Shown in pieces: positions 39,905 through 52,857 of a DNA stretch of 64,000 bases (the stretch's first letter is position 1; the number at the start of each line of letters is the position of its first letter). The DNA is from Basidiobolus meristosporus CBS 931.73 (taxonomy: Eukaryota; Fungi; Basidiobolomycota). The position numbers and the translations under genes were made by a program. The stretch is from assembly GCA_002104905.1 (NCBI GenBank), contig MCFE01000117.1, positions 1 to 64,000 on the forward strand, given 5' to 3'. The notes beneath the pieces are model-generated. The model was not told the DNA's origin, searched no databases, and was given only the letters and a program-made list of their open reading frames with translations.

Positions 39905-42568
39905 TTATCTTCAGTAGGCACACTGTCAACATGGACTTTTTGGATATAGCTCTGCTTGTTACACTGAATGTCAAAGCAGGCTGTTGTCCAACTGTTCATC
40001 TGCTGCCACTAGCAGTGGGGTTTGGTTGAGAACCAGGCAACTTAACTTCATTTTTTGGCAGCATATATATGGAAGTAAGTCAAACCAGAGGGGAAATAGT
40101 GTTACATATACATGGGTATGTGGTGCCACAGCTTTATTTTAATGCTTACCATGGCAGGTCATCATTAGATCTTACATTCATCTAGGTGCAATGTCTCAAA
40201 TACAAGACTGTTTTAAATTCACATGAGTATTGACCAAGAAGTGATATAATAGCATTACATTATTGAAGGTCAAGCTGTTTGCCCCATGGACAAGACTACT
40301 TTAATTCAACACCATAAGAGAAGAGAAAAAAACCATGTGGCTATTGTAGCAAGCCTTGCAGCCATGAAGCACGCAGACAGCAAAGGAAGTATTGCAAGAA
40401 TCACTGCCAGTGTTTTGCCACACAAGTCATATTTGACTATTCATCAGTCACTACTTTTTCAACATTATCTTGCTGGCTAGTTGATACTCCTATATTGGCA
40501 CCTGGCTGTCTTTGTAACCTTGCACAAACTGAGTCAGGTAAACTTGTGACACCTTTAGGCTCACATCAGCCTTCTGAATATAGCATGCCAAGTGATAGCT
40601 CTGACAAAGAAGGCTCACTGATGTATTGTGAGCATATCCCCCCTGAAAGCAGTACCACACATGAGCCCAGTTAAATCCCAATATGCCATGAGACAGCAAC
40701 TGTTGAAACAAATGCCAAGGATACTTCATGGAGCCATTTGGGCCCAGTAATCCATCTACTGGTGGATGATGTAATGTTGTAGCTGGAGAAGTGGTGCGTG
40801 TCCACTAATATCAGTAATGGGGGCTTTGAGGATTCACTACTACTTCCTTCCAAAATCATTCCAGGATACAACTTACCATGTACATGGTTCAAGTGGATAA
40901 CCTTCATGTGGCTAGCAACATATGACCCAGAGACTGTTCTGATTCCAGCATGTGTCAACAGTAGCATGACATTCACATCCAAAAATGCTACCATTGCAAC
41001 ATGTCCAAATTGTCAGAATTCTACCACCATTGAGGGAAAACATTGTTCACACTCCAGATATATTCCAGTTATAGCCCATTTAAAGAAGCTCCTGGAGTCC
41101 AACAAATACTGCAAAGCTATAAAGTACCACACTGAGTATCAGTCAAGTGCAAACATATTCAATATATTTGATAGCAAACATTACAAGCAGCTAAGAAGCA
41201 AGGGCTACTTTCAATGTATGTATGACCATGCCTTTGCTTTACCACTTGATGGATTCTCATGGAACAAGTGTGCTACCAGCAAATCCTGCTGGCCACTGAT
41301 TCTCATTAACTTGAATCTGCCACCCATCTTATGGTATCAGAGCAAAAATATGATGGAAGTCTCACTGGTATCTAGGTCTAAATCACCATTCAACCTGGAT
41401 AGCTACCTGTATCCATTGCTGGATGAATTTTGTATGCATTCCAGCAGGACAACAATAAAAGGCCAACATGTCAAAGTGCATATTATTATCTGCATTGAAG
41501 ATACCCCAGCCATCTGCATGATAGCCAGCTTTTCTGGGCACAATGGAAAGTACTGCTGTTGAATGTCAAAGATCCAAGGGATTTACTCTATAACTCACAC
41601 ACATTAATATTACCCAAGCACCAACACTAAGAATATCATCTTCCCACAGAGAGAATGTACAGAAGTTAGAATGCAATTGCAGCAAAGTTGGCAAGCTATC
41701 AGCCATTGGCCAGAATATGGAATCAATTGGAAACCAGCAACACCTAAGATAAAGTGTATCTGTTGGAGCAAAAGCTTTCCACTAGGGGCAAAGCATTTGC
41801 TTGTCAACAATATCCCTTTACTGATGAATAAGTTGTATATGGGGCATTTCAAGCTAAATGAGCCCTTTGAGATGCTGGAGAAATTTGAACGAATTGGCAA
41901 GATATTACAGAGTATCTGCTACCCTAAGTATCCCTCAAGAACTCCAATCAATATTCATATGCATATTCAACTACACAAATGCAAAGACTGGATGAATTGA
42001 ATATGTATTAATTCAAGTGGCATTCTGAAGCCATTCCTAACAAGAGTACATTGGAAGCATTGGGAGTCATATGTGGACATTGTAGAAATATTTATCCAGA
42101 AGCAGATCACCAATGCCAACTTGACACATCTACAGCTGTTGTGCAAAGACTTTGTAACAGGACTTGAGTGGCTGTACTACAAACATAAAGCCTAATGTGT
42201 AGATCTCTGCTGCTACTGCATCTATTCTCTACTCCATCTTGCTTAGTGTGTGGAGAATACTGGGCCTTGATTCACCTTTTGGGAGTTTCCTATGGAGCAG
42301 ATGTGTGGGGAGATAGGACAACAAGTCAAGTTGCAGGTACTAACATAACTCAATCTCATCAAGAATACTACCTTCAAGGCCATGATGGATGAGATGAGTT
42401 GGTACATGGAGGACAGCAAGGAAGAGTTAGAAAATACTGAGGACAGATGTGCACATGGAGACACCTATACCTATAGAATTAAGAAGCTAATCAGCCCCAA
42501 TGCATAGGTAGTCAGTTAGGTAATGCAAATTTGGGTTGGAAGCAACAAACAACTAATTTGAATTAGGA
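39905..42568 (+). mobile_element. CACTA/En-Spm-like (Transposase_21/Tnp2-type) transposase fragment, pseudogenised
   Basis: ORF 40798-41562 and broken continuation: LDGFSWNK..CWPLILINLNLPP..LDSYLYPLLDE..DTPAI..FSGHNGKYCC. No TIRs recognised. Confidence 0.7.
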
Positions 42569-42991
42569 AAGCTCCACCAAAGTATTCTGGGTTTCTCTTG
42601 GTCACAAGCAAACTTCTACACCATTGAATATGGAGTTCACACAAACATGAGCCAGAGCACACCTATAAGGGGAACTAGAATCCAGTAGGGAGAAGGAATA
42701 TATTAGACTTGTTCCATTGTACAATGCCAGGGTGCACTGTGCAATCTGCAGTTGATGGGAACAATTTGGTGCAATATTTTAGCTACCAGTAGGCAGAATC
42801 CCTCTTGGACAATTTTGCACTAGGTGGGACAATATTGCATACTGTTGCAAAATCTGATTGAATGAGGTTGGCACAGATGATTGTGCCAACTTGTAGTATT
42901 TACATCATGAGCGCAATTGGATATCACCATTATGTTAGGTAAAATCCGGTATTTTGATATACTTCTTCAAGGTAAATGGAACCAAGTGTGC

Positions 42992-43993
42992 TGTAGTGGG
43001 GTCACAGTGACACCCACTGACAGATGTGCTCATTCCTACATTTTCTACTTCCCTATTTCTCTACTACACTTATTTTGGTTTTATCCCATTTGTCTTATTT
43101 GATCAGTACTATCCCATAAGCCGGCCAACTACCACACCACTTACCTCATTGCATAAGATATCCCTCACTTTATGTAAGATTACTAGCTGTAAGTGCTTTT
43201 CATATCAGGCAAGTACCTGTGCCAGTACCCATAATACTTGATCAACCCATGTCACCATCCCTATCATTTCTATACCATTTATGGTATCCCTACATTACAC
43301 AGGTCTCAGAGTACTGATTCCTGATCAGTTGGATGTGCTGTGCCTCTTAGAACCTTCTGGCAACTACTTAGAATACTCTCAGCTCATTCTAATGTCATTA
43401 AGATTTCTATTGATCTCTGGAACCTTCTGGAACACTGTGACTGGTAATCACTTAACCATTGAGAGAAGTATATAAGGGAGGCAATCTCTCAGCAATAAAT
43501 CATCATCCCTTTTATCAATATACCTACTTGTTGATTAGTGTGATCACTACTACCTGCTGCTACCTGCACCTCCAACCCCAGACCACAGGACACATCCAGG
43601 AAACCGTGCTGACAGCCAACTGACCTTGGAGGCACTACTTGTGAGGAATACTCAGAGTAGGTATCTTTTATTATATTTGATTCTTTCCCAAGTTTGTTCT
43701 TGTACAGGCAATGATACTTTTCTGTCTTTGTAACTATTGACCACAGCTGCATTCTTATCAGGTCCCTCCTGATGGAGTTTACAGTTGTGTTGACTTTGGA
43801 AGCTTTAGTACACTGTCATCTCAAAGGACACTGACCCCAGCACATACTTTTACTAAGACATGAGCTAAGTTGGGGATTGAAGCTCAATAGTTTTCCCTTG
43901 ACAAGCTTGTGGCTTTATTCCCCATTACATTAGATTAGAGACAGAACCCAAGTATTCCTAGCAAGCTTTTGCCAGAGATTATTGCACCCAGTG
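42992..43993 (+). mobile_element. Solo LTR, family S, copy 3 (lacking ~70 bp at its 3' end)
   Basis: Collinear with copies 1 and 2 from TGTAGTGGGG to ATTGCACCCAGTG, then diverges. Left flank GTGC. Confidence 0.85.
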
Positions 43994-44905
43994 CAAAGTA
44001 TCCTGAAGCTGTCAGCCCCCAATTGGTTCTTTGACCAACACACAAGCTACCTGATTTGCCTTCAAATATACCAATTAGCTCATTGAGCAAGTAAATCCCT
44101 GAGCATAGTGATTGGACAAGGTGTCATAGCTAGCACATGTCCAATTGGGTAGGTGCAACACAGATTAAATGGCTGCACTGTTTTACAGATGATGTGTATA
44201 TATATACAGGGTATTTATTTATAGGGGTTCTGACTTAAATTTAATACAACCATTATATAACTTGTATCAAAAATTTAGTGATCACTGATTTGCAATGGCT
44301 CAATTAGGATTGCAAAAAAAATGCATTATTTGGATCATGACATATAATAGCAATTCAATGCAATCTCACCATCTTCTCCTAGGTTTTTTTCTCAGGGATT
44401 ACTATTGAAGAATTTAGTAGTCATTCACTTTGCACACCTAAATTACTTCCTTGTTGACTGTGATCTTAGCTACTTCAATATTTGTAGTCAGTGTTTTGCC
44501 TCCTAGTTGATGCATCTTGGCCATGCTTAATTGCTCTGGATGATGCTACTGTTACAAGTCTTGGTATAAGAGTTGTAGAGGAATAGGGAGTTTAGCTAGT
44601 ATTGTATTCACTAAAACTTGAACTGATTTTTATTGAGGTTCCAGCAGCTCCATATATACATTTTGCCAGATCAATTGCTGACTAATTGTATTTCCTAATG
44701 TAGGTTGTGGCTGATGACTCATTTGACTGCATTGTCATCACCCAATAAGATCTTACTTAATATATCTATTTCTGTCTGATAAGGATCTGCTGATTCATTT
44801 GCTGACTAATGCTACTGATTTCATAGATAATACTGATATACTGATAACCTAAACATATACTAATTGATTTGACTAAAAACTGATCTAACTTAGACATTCA
44901 AGCGG

Positions 44906-45976
44906 TGTAGTGGGGTGACAGTGACACCCACTGACAGATGTGCTCATTCCCTTATTTTCTACTTCCTTATATCTCTACTACACTTATTTTAGTTTTATCC
45001 CATTTGTCTTACCCAATCAGTACTATCCCATAAGCCGGTTGACTATCACACCTGCTTACCTTATTGCATAAGTTACCCCTCACTTTATGTAAGATTACTA
45101 GCTATTAGTACTTCTATATTAGGCAAGTACCCGCTCCAGTACCTGTGACACATGATCAACCCGTGTCACCATCCCTACCATTTCCATACCATATATGGTA
45201 TCCCCATGTTACACAGGTTTCAGAATACTGATTCCTGATTGGTTGGATGTGCTGTGCCTCTTAGAACCTTCCAGCACCTACTTAGAACATTCTTAGGTCA
45301 TTCTGATGTCATTAAGATTTCTATTGATATCCAGAAACTTCTGGAACACCATGATTAGTAATCACTTAGCCAGTGAGAAAAGTATATAAGGGAGACTATC
45401 CCTCTACAATAAATCATCATCCCTTTTATCAATATACCAACTTGTTGATTAGTGTGATCACTGCTACCTGCTGCTACCTGAACTTCCAACCCCAGACCAC
45501 AGGACACTCCCAGGAAACCGTGCTGACAGCCAACTGACCTTGGAGGCACTACTTGTGAGGAATACTCAGAGTAGGTATCTTTTATTATATTTGATTCTTT
45601 CCCAAGTTTGTTCTTGTACAGGCAAAGATACTTTTCTGTCTTTGTAACTATTGACCACAGATGCATTCTTATCAAGTCCCTGCTGGTGGAGTTTACAGTT
45701 GTTTTGACTTTGGAAGCTTTAGTACATTGTCATCTCAAAGGACGCTGTACCCAGCACATACTTTTGTTAAGATGCCAACTAAGTTGGGGATTGTAGCTCA
45801 ATAGTTTTCCCTTGACAAGCTTGTGGCTTTATTCCCCTTCACATTAAATTAGAGACAGAACCCAAGTACTCCTAGCAAGCTTTTGCCAGAGGTTATTGCA
45901 CCCAGTGAACACCCCACACACAAAATACTTGAGAAGTGTTGGACGTATCTCTCCCTTGGACCTATACACCACCACA
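44906..45976 (+). mobile_element. Solo LTR, family S, copy 2 (1,071 bp), inserted 16 bp into the 3' LTR of B1
   Basis: TG..CA termini, flanks GCGG/GCAG. Removing it and one TSD restores a 368-bp LTR matching the 5' LTR. Confidence 0.92.
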
Positions 45977-45992
45977 GCAGCAGATCATAACA

Positions 45993-46005
45993 TTCTCCCC
46001 TACTA
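45993..46005 (-). other. Polypurine tract of B1
   Basis: TAGTAGGGGAGAA immediately before the TG of the 3' LTR. Confidence 0.8.
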
Positions 46006-49000
46006 AAGTTGAAAGGGTTCTCCTGAATCTCTTTTCTTGTAATACAATATCTTGATGGTTCAGTATTATCAGCAAGTCTTGCAAGCTTGAGTCTATCCCT
46101 ATGCACTAAGTCTTCCTGGATATTGCCTTGTTTGTCCACCAGTTGGTAAGTTGCAAATGGACATTCTCTGATGATCTTGAATGGTCCTGTCCATTGTGGC
46201 TCAAACTTCTTCCAAGTGTTGTTTCTTAGCAATACAAAGTTCCCAACTGTCAATGCTTCTGGTGCTATAGTCTTATCAAATCTCTGCTTCATCTTTTCTG
46301 CAGTTTTAGATACTTTGGTCTGTGCCTCTTGAAGTTGTTGTTCCAGTTGCTGGTGTCTACTTGGCTGACTAAGTTCATTTTCTAAGGTGTCTGTAAGCTT
46401 TGGTTGTGTGAGATCTCCTGGAATCCTTGGTTCACATCCATACACTAAGTAAAATGGTGATTGCTGGGTGGTGTTGTGTACTCTGACTCTGCATGCATAG
46501 AGTGCTTGGTCTATATACTCATCCCATCTACTGACAACTCCATTTGAATACTTGGTGAGCATTTTTCCAAATAATCCATTAAACCACTCAGTGACTCCAT
46601 TAGTTCTGGGGTGATATGCCAAGGTTTTCAAGTGTCTGATCTGCTGCATTTCCAGGTAAGCCTCTAATGTCTTTGCCATAAAGTTTGCTCCTCTATCAGA
46701 TTAGATCTCCACAGGGCATCCAAACATCATCAGGATCTCATGGTAAATGAAACTTGCAACTTCTTGTGCACTGGCTATTGGTACAGCTTTAGCAACTGGC
46801 CATTTAGTGGCAGGGTCAATTGCTACTAGGATCCAATGGTTGCATTTCCTGGTAGTTGGCAGTCTTCCAATAAAGTCAATTCCCCATCTCTCAAATGGTC
46901 TTACAGGCTCCAAAGGGAAGAGTTTGGCAATTCTTTGTGGCTGGCCTTGATTGATTTGGCAGTTTGGGCATGTTTTCACTAGCTTCTCAATATCTTGTTT
47001 CATTCTGGGCCACCATGCTCTGGCTCTCACAAGGCTATAGGTTCCTTCAATCCCAAGATGTCCATATCCATTGTGTAGCTTATGTATTAAATCCAGGCAA
47101 GAAACATAAGGGCAATAGGCAATAGGGCTTCCATCAACAATTTGGTAGAGTGTTTCATCCTGTACTACAAATTTGCTGGCTTCATCATGGATTATCTTCT
47201 TGATATCTTCATCCACCTCATTAGGAATGGCTTGGTCCTCCAAGTACTTTGGTAATAGGCTAGGCCAATCTGATTCATGCACCAAGTTGAGTTGTGCAAC
47301 TTGATCTGATCTTGATAAGGCATCAGCAACCGTGTTGTTTTTTCCAGGGCAGTAGACAATCTCCAGGTCAAATTGCTGAATGTATTCACTCCATCTTGTC
47401 ATTCTTCTAGAGAGTACCTTCTGAGTAAATATATACTTGAGGGAGGCTTGATCAGTCTTCACAATGCATTCAACTCCTTCAATATAGCATCTCCATGTCT
47501 TCAAACAGTGTATTATAGCAAGCATCTCCTTCTCATGGACCGGATAGTTTTGTTCTGCTGAGTTCAGTTTCTTGGATTCAAAGGCAACAGGGTAGCCCTT
47601 TCCCTTGTGTTCTTGGCTCAGCCCTCCACCAATTGCATAATCTGAAGCATCTGTGCACAGAGTGAACTCTTTTCTGAAGTCTGGTATTCTTAAGCTTGGC
47701 AGCTTAGCAAGTTCATTCTTGAGCATCTGGAAGGCAGTCTCACAAGCTATGTCCCACTTGTAGGTATTGTCTTTCTTGAGGATATCAGTTAAAGGGGCTG
47801 CAATACTTGCAAAAGACTTGACAAATCTCCAATAATAGGAAACCATTCCAAGGAATGATCTGAGTCCTGATATGCTATGGGGCTGCTTCAAATTCCTGAC
47901 AGCTTCAACCTTCTTAGGGTCTAAGGTCACTCCTGTGCTAGTCACTATGTGTCCCAGGTATTCAACGTGTTCCTTGAAGAATTCACACTTGGCTAGCTTG
48001 CCATATAGCTTGTTCTCTCTTAGTTTCTTCAAGAGCTTTTCAATGTGCACCATGTGATCCTTTTCTGTCTTGCTGTATATCAATATGTCATCCAGGTAGA
48101 TTATCACAAACTTGTCTAAGTACTCCTGAAAGACAGTCTGCATTAGAGTCATGAATGTTGCAGGGCATTAGTGAGGCCAAAACTCATGACTAAGTACTCG
48201 TAATGTCCATATCTGGTCCTGAATGCTGTCTTAGGGATATCTTCTGGTTTCACCCTAATCTGGTTGTATCCTGACATGAGGACAATCTTGCTGAAAATAG
48301 TGGCTCCATTAGGTTGGTCCAAAAGCTCATCAATCTAAGGTATGGGTACTTATTCTTGACGGTAACTGAGTTCAGTGCTCTGTAGTCAATGCACATCCTA
48401 AGTGTACCATCCTTCCTTTTCACAAAAAGCACTGGTGCTCCCCAGGGTGACTTGCTGGGCCTGATGTATCCTTGCTCCAATAGCTGATCAATTTGTCTCT
48501 TCATTTCCTCCAATTCTAATGGACTCATTCTGTAAGGTGTCTTGCTCACTGGAGGGCTATCACCTGTGTCAATGGCATGATCCATGTCTCTGATTGGTAG
48601 TAGGCTTACAAGCTCATCTGGAAACACGTCTGAATATTTCTTCAAGAGAGTCTGGACCTGCTGGGGTGCTGGGGTAGAGGAATCCTCCTGTAAAACCGCC
48701 ATGAGGAACATCTGAGTACCTTTTCTAAGCGCTCTACAGAACTGGGTCTTGCTAAGTTCACTTGTCTCACACATACTGGAATTGACCAAGTTAAAATCCA
48801 GCCTGGCAGATAATAGCTCATAGGTCTTGTTGTCTTTTTGGATCTGAGTAGCATGGGTTCTCCAGTTGATTGATGGATTATGACAGAATAGCCAGGTTTT
48901 TCCAAGTACAAGGTCAAACTTGCAGTTCCCAAATATATAAGCCTGTAGGTTTTCTTCATAGTCATTGATCTTCATTCTTACTGGCTGAGTAATACGGTTG

Positions 49001-50180
49001 ATTATGTGAGAGTTCCCATCAGCTGTTGAGACTGAAGTAGATTTGGTAGGTTTTGAGTTGATCCCAGCTTTCAGGGCAAATTGCTCTGACATGTACTCAT
49101 GTGATGCTCCTGAGTCAATCATGATCTTGGCAGGTACTCCATTGATTACTCCATTCAAGTATAATAGCTTTCCTGAGTTTGAGGTCATCTGGGATAGGTA
49201 TTCTTCTGTCATGTGGAAGGTGAGTTCTGAGTCTTCTTCAAGTTTATCCTTTATGTTACTATGCTCCATGGCCTCAATACGGCTAAAGGTTCTTGATGGC
49301 TGGTGTCCATTTCTTCTCTGAGGGCAGTACTTTGCAATATGTCCTTGCTGGTGGCAATTGAAGCAAAGTCCTTTCTTCTTACATTCTTCTAAGGCAGGAT
49401 TCTTCTGCATAGCATCTATTTCCATTGGTACTGCTTCTGACTGTCTTCTTTCATAATGATTGTAACCTTTCTGATTAGTCACTGTAGGCTTCCCAGCTCC
49501 AAACATAGCTGAGACATAGTCAATGGCAATCTTGATGGCTTCTTCAATAGTCTGAGGTCTTCACAATTCACTTCCTTGCAGGTTCTTTCTTTTAACCCAT
49601 CAATAAAGTATTCAACTTGATCCAGGGGGTCCATTCTTTCAATTTGTCCAAGTAGACATCTGTATTCATAGATGTATTCTTGAACCATTCCTTTCTGTCT
49701 GAGTGTCTTTAAATCCGTTCTTAGTAGTGTCTGTTGGTGTGGAGGTTCAAAAGCATCCTGAATTTCCAACACAAACTCATCCCAGGTAGAGATTGTAGAG
49801 CATCCCATCACAGTGGCTGACCTGATCTTGTTGTGGTACCACTGTAAAGCTGCATCTGCCAGGTAAGAAGCTGCATAATGCAACTTGCTTTCTGGAGCAA
49901 ATCCTTTAGCTTTAAAAGCTTCTTCAATCTGAAAGAGCCAAGTTCCCAGGTTTTTGTTGACTCTGCCATGGTTCTGGTTGACCTTCACACTAAAGTGGCT
50001 CTTAACAGGGCATTGCTGGTTCTGAGCCATGGTAGTCATTCCTTGTTGCTATTGGCTGAGGATCTGGAGTAACTGTTGCTGTTGGGCCAGGATTTGCTGC
50101 ATGGCATTCTTCCATTCCTGATTGTCCGACATCTTGAGGGTGGTTTCTTCTTTCTTCAGGAGGGAGGTTTCTGGTTATTG

Positions 50181-50189
50181 CTGCTACCA
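50181..50189 (-). other. Primer-binding site of B1 (tRNA-iMet type)
   Basis: TGGTAGCAG one base after the 5' LTR, complementary to the CUGCUACCA 3' end typical of initiator tRNA-Met. Confidence 0.75.
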
Positions 50190-50558
50190 ATGTTACAAGT
50201 CTTGGTATAAGAGTTGTAGAGGAATAGGCAGTTTAGCTAGTATTGTATTCACTAAAACTTGAATTGATTTTTATTGAGGTTCCAGCAGCTCCTTATATAC
50301 ATTTTGCCAGATCAATTGCTGACTAATTGTATTTCCTAATGTAGGTTGTGGCTGATGACTCATTTGATTGCACCATCATCACCCAATAGGATCTTACTTA
50401 ATATATCTATTTCTGTCTGATAAGGATCTGTGGATTCATTTGCTGACTAATGCTACTAATTTCATAGATAATACTGATATACTGATAACCTAAACATAAA
50501 CTAATTGATTTGACTAAAAACTGATCTAACTTAAACATTCAAGCGGCAGAACATAACA

Positions 50559-51613
50559 CTACTAAACTGGCCTGCAGTGCTACATGCCAATGTGTTCTTT
50601 AACACGCCAAAGGCTCTGGTGGTGGAGGTGCTTCATATGGGTCATCATCAGTCAGTTAACCAGAAGTAACTCACTGATGGTCAGGAGTAACAGTATGCGC
50701 AGGCGCAACTTGATGCATTGGTCTTGCCCTTAGTTGAGTTCAAAGTGATGCTGCTTGTTGATGCAACTTAACCTGCTCCAATGACTTGCATCTAAATGAG
50801 CAGTTTGGCCAGTTCTGGTGGTTTTGCTCTCAGGAATGCATGTTGACCCAACACACATTGACTCAGTGCAGGCCACTCATATGAAGGGTGTTGGTGTAGT
50901 TTGGACTGATGTGCACTGGTGTGCTGAAGTTGCAAAGGATGGTGAGGAATCCAGCAAGGTGTGCTGGCACAATCTGAAGGCTGTTGCTTGTAGTCTGTGT
51001 TTTTCCTCTTGAAGCTCACCTTGTGATTCCTCAGGGTATTCATTTACCCTCTGTCTGATACTTTGGAGCTGTTGCCTGGATGAGTCCTGTGTATATTGCT
51101 CTTGGAAGCCAATTAGCTCTACAATATATCACATAGTACATTAGTCATTTGAGGCAAAAACTCATTCAGAATCTCTTTGGTTCCCAAAGTTGAGGCACAA
51201 ACATATGAGTCTGGCCTGTACTGAGTAAACTGCATGCAAAAGCAACCCTGCACAGCTTCCTCATCAAATCCCCTCACTCTCAGCTCATTCTTGATTTCAA
51301 TACTTGTTGTGTTATATATCTTCTTATATACATCTGCTGGCATCTTGATGTAGAGCTCATGCCACAGCATTCTACTAATATTCTTCAATCTCTGGTGACT
51401 CTGTGAGGTATCTGGTTCTGCTAGATTAATGAGTAGTGCCCAAATATCTGTATGAAGGCTCATCATATACACTTGGACCATACTAAAATCATTTGGCAAG
51501 ATCTCAAATGGATGCAACATTGACTTTTCCAGTCTAGACCATGCTTGTGAGCTGGGGGATTGGGTTTGTTTGGGTTGCACTAAAGATGAGCTGAGACTTG
51601 GTAAAGAGATCAT
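50559..51613 (-). pseudogene. Second ORF of the PHIS element, divergent from the transposase, decayed and interrupted by B1
   Basis: 164-aa open frame 51613-51119 with a broken continuation toward the B1 insertion, inside the TIRs. No domain recognised. Confidence 0.5.
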
Positions 51614-51894
51614 AGCAATGGATTTAGATACCCATACAGCAGTGAGTTGGCATCAACCTGGTCTTAAATGAGAAATATATGAAAACCAATGTAATTGTTG
51701 AGTTTTCCATCTATTATTCATCATGCATCTTGTATTGCATTGATACAGATCAGATCACATCAATTGCAGATTTCCTGTCTGATTATAGACTTGTGTTTAA
51801 AGCAATAATGAAAAGACTAAGTCATTGTTTGAGGATAATTCTTGTGACATGATGATGGAATACATTACAATTGATGGAGATTTAATCATAATGC

Positions 51895-52857
51895 ATGGAA
51901 AATCAGATAACTAAAGCCAATTGCCCAAAACAATTCAAATCATATCAGCCCAATCACCTACCAATTTCAATACAACTCACTCATCTGACTGGTCTTTTCT
52001 CATCAATCTCATCACTACTACTGAATTTCTTTTTGACAAATCACAGGAAATCTATACCAAGTACTGTGGACCATCTACCCCCTATCTACTCAAGGAGATC
52101 CCTTGTTAAGCTTCTCTGCTATTACAAAAACTATTGCCCTACAAGGTTTCTTCCCACCATCCATTGCAATAAGAGCCCTAGAAGCTTTCATTCCCAGCTG
52201 AGAGCAATGCAGAACTACTCTGCAGAGTGTATGAATGACTTAGAGCAGGCATGGAATTCTAGGTTCCAATGCTCCAATAGACTTCTATATCACAGAATGT
52301 TCAGCAATAGGTTCCATGTGGAGAATATTTTGGATACCTTCCTAGTCAGGATTAACAAAACTTCAAGAGGGCAGAGGTCCTTTTATTCTGGCAAGAACAA
52401 GGCATGCTGTGTGAAGTTTCAAGCACTATCTGACATTGAGGGTAACATCATCTGGTTCAGTGGGCCATTTGCTAGAAGTAGGCATGACAAAGCACTCTGG
52501 GTAGAGATTCATCCAAAATTCTGTAGTGGGGAGAAATGTACATGAGACTTAGCTTTTACAGGAGAGGATTGTCAGAGATTACGGTATATTAGAGCTTATA
52601 GGAAGCCAAGAAATGGTGTGCTTAGCAGAAAGCAGAAGCTCTACAATGAGATATTTGATTATTTCAGAGTGAGGGTAGAGCATACATTTGGATATCTGTG
52701 GAAATTCAGCATGATGGCGGGTATATACAGAGAAAAGTCATATACATGAGAAAACAGCAAAATAGGTAAAATGGTCAAGATACTTGTTAATGCTGAGTAT
52801 AGTAATACACAAAGACATCCACTGAGAGAAATGTGTCTGGAGCATTGTGAAGAGTAA
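51895..52857 (+). pseudogene. DDE_Tnp_4 (Harbinger/IS5-like) transposase, with frameshift and stops
   Basis: ILDTFLVRI..FYSGKNK..VKFQALSDIEGNIIWFSGP..SRHD, then *DLAF, and N..F..FRVRVEHTFGYL. Confidence 0.8.

Larger units (their letters stand above)
44550..50558 (-). mobile_element. Full-length Ty3/gypsy LTR retrotransposon B1 (~4.93 kb native), no chromodomain, frameshifted
   Basis: 368-bp LTRs (50558-50191; and 45992-45977 + 44905-44550), TSD CTAC, PBS TGGTAGCAG, PPT TAGTAGGGGAGAA. Gag with [14 protein letters not shown], protease IDSGA, RT YLDDIL, RNase H TDASD..EKEMLAI, integrase WGIDFIG..HPRTNG. Confidence 0.95.

Noticed and set aside
42867-42890. Hairpin GTTGGCACA-N6-TGTGCCAAC as a Helitron 3' end
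   Set aside because: No properly spaced CTRR and no Rep/helicase. It lies in the subterminal region of the PHIS element.
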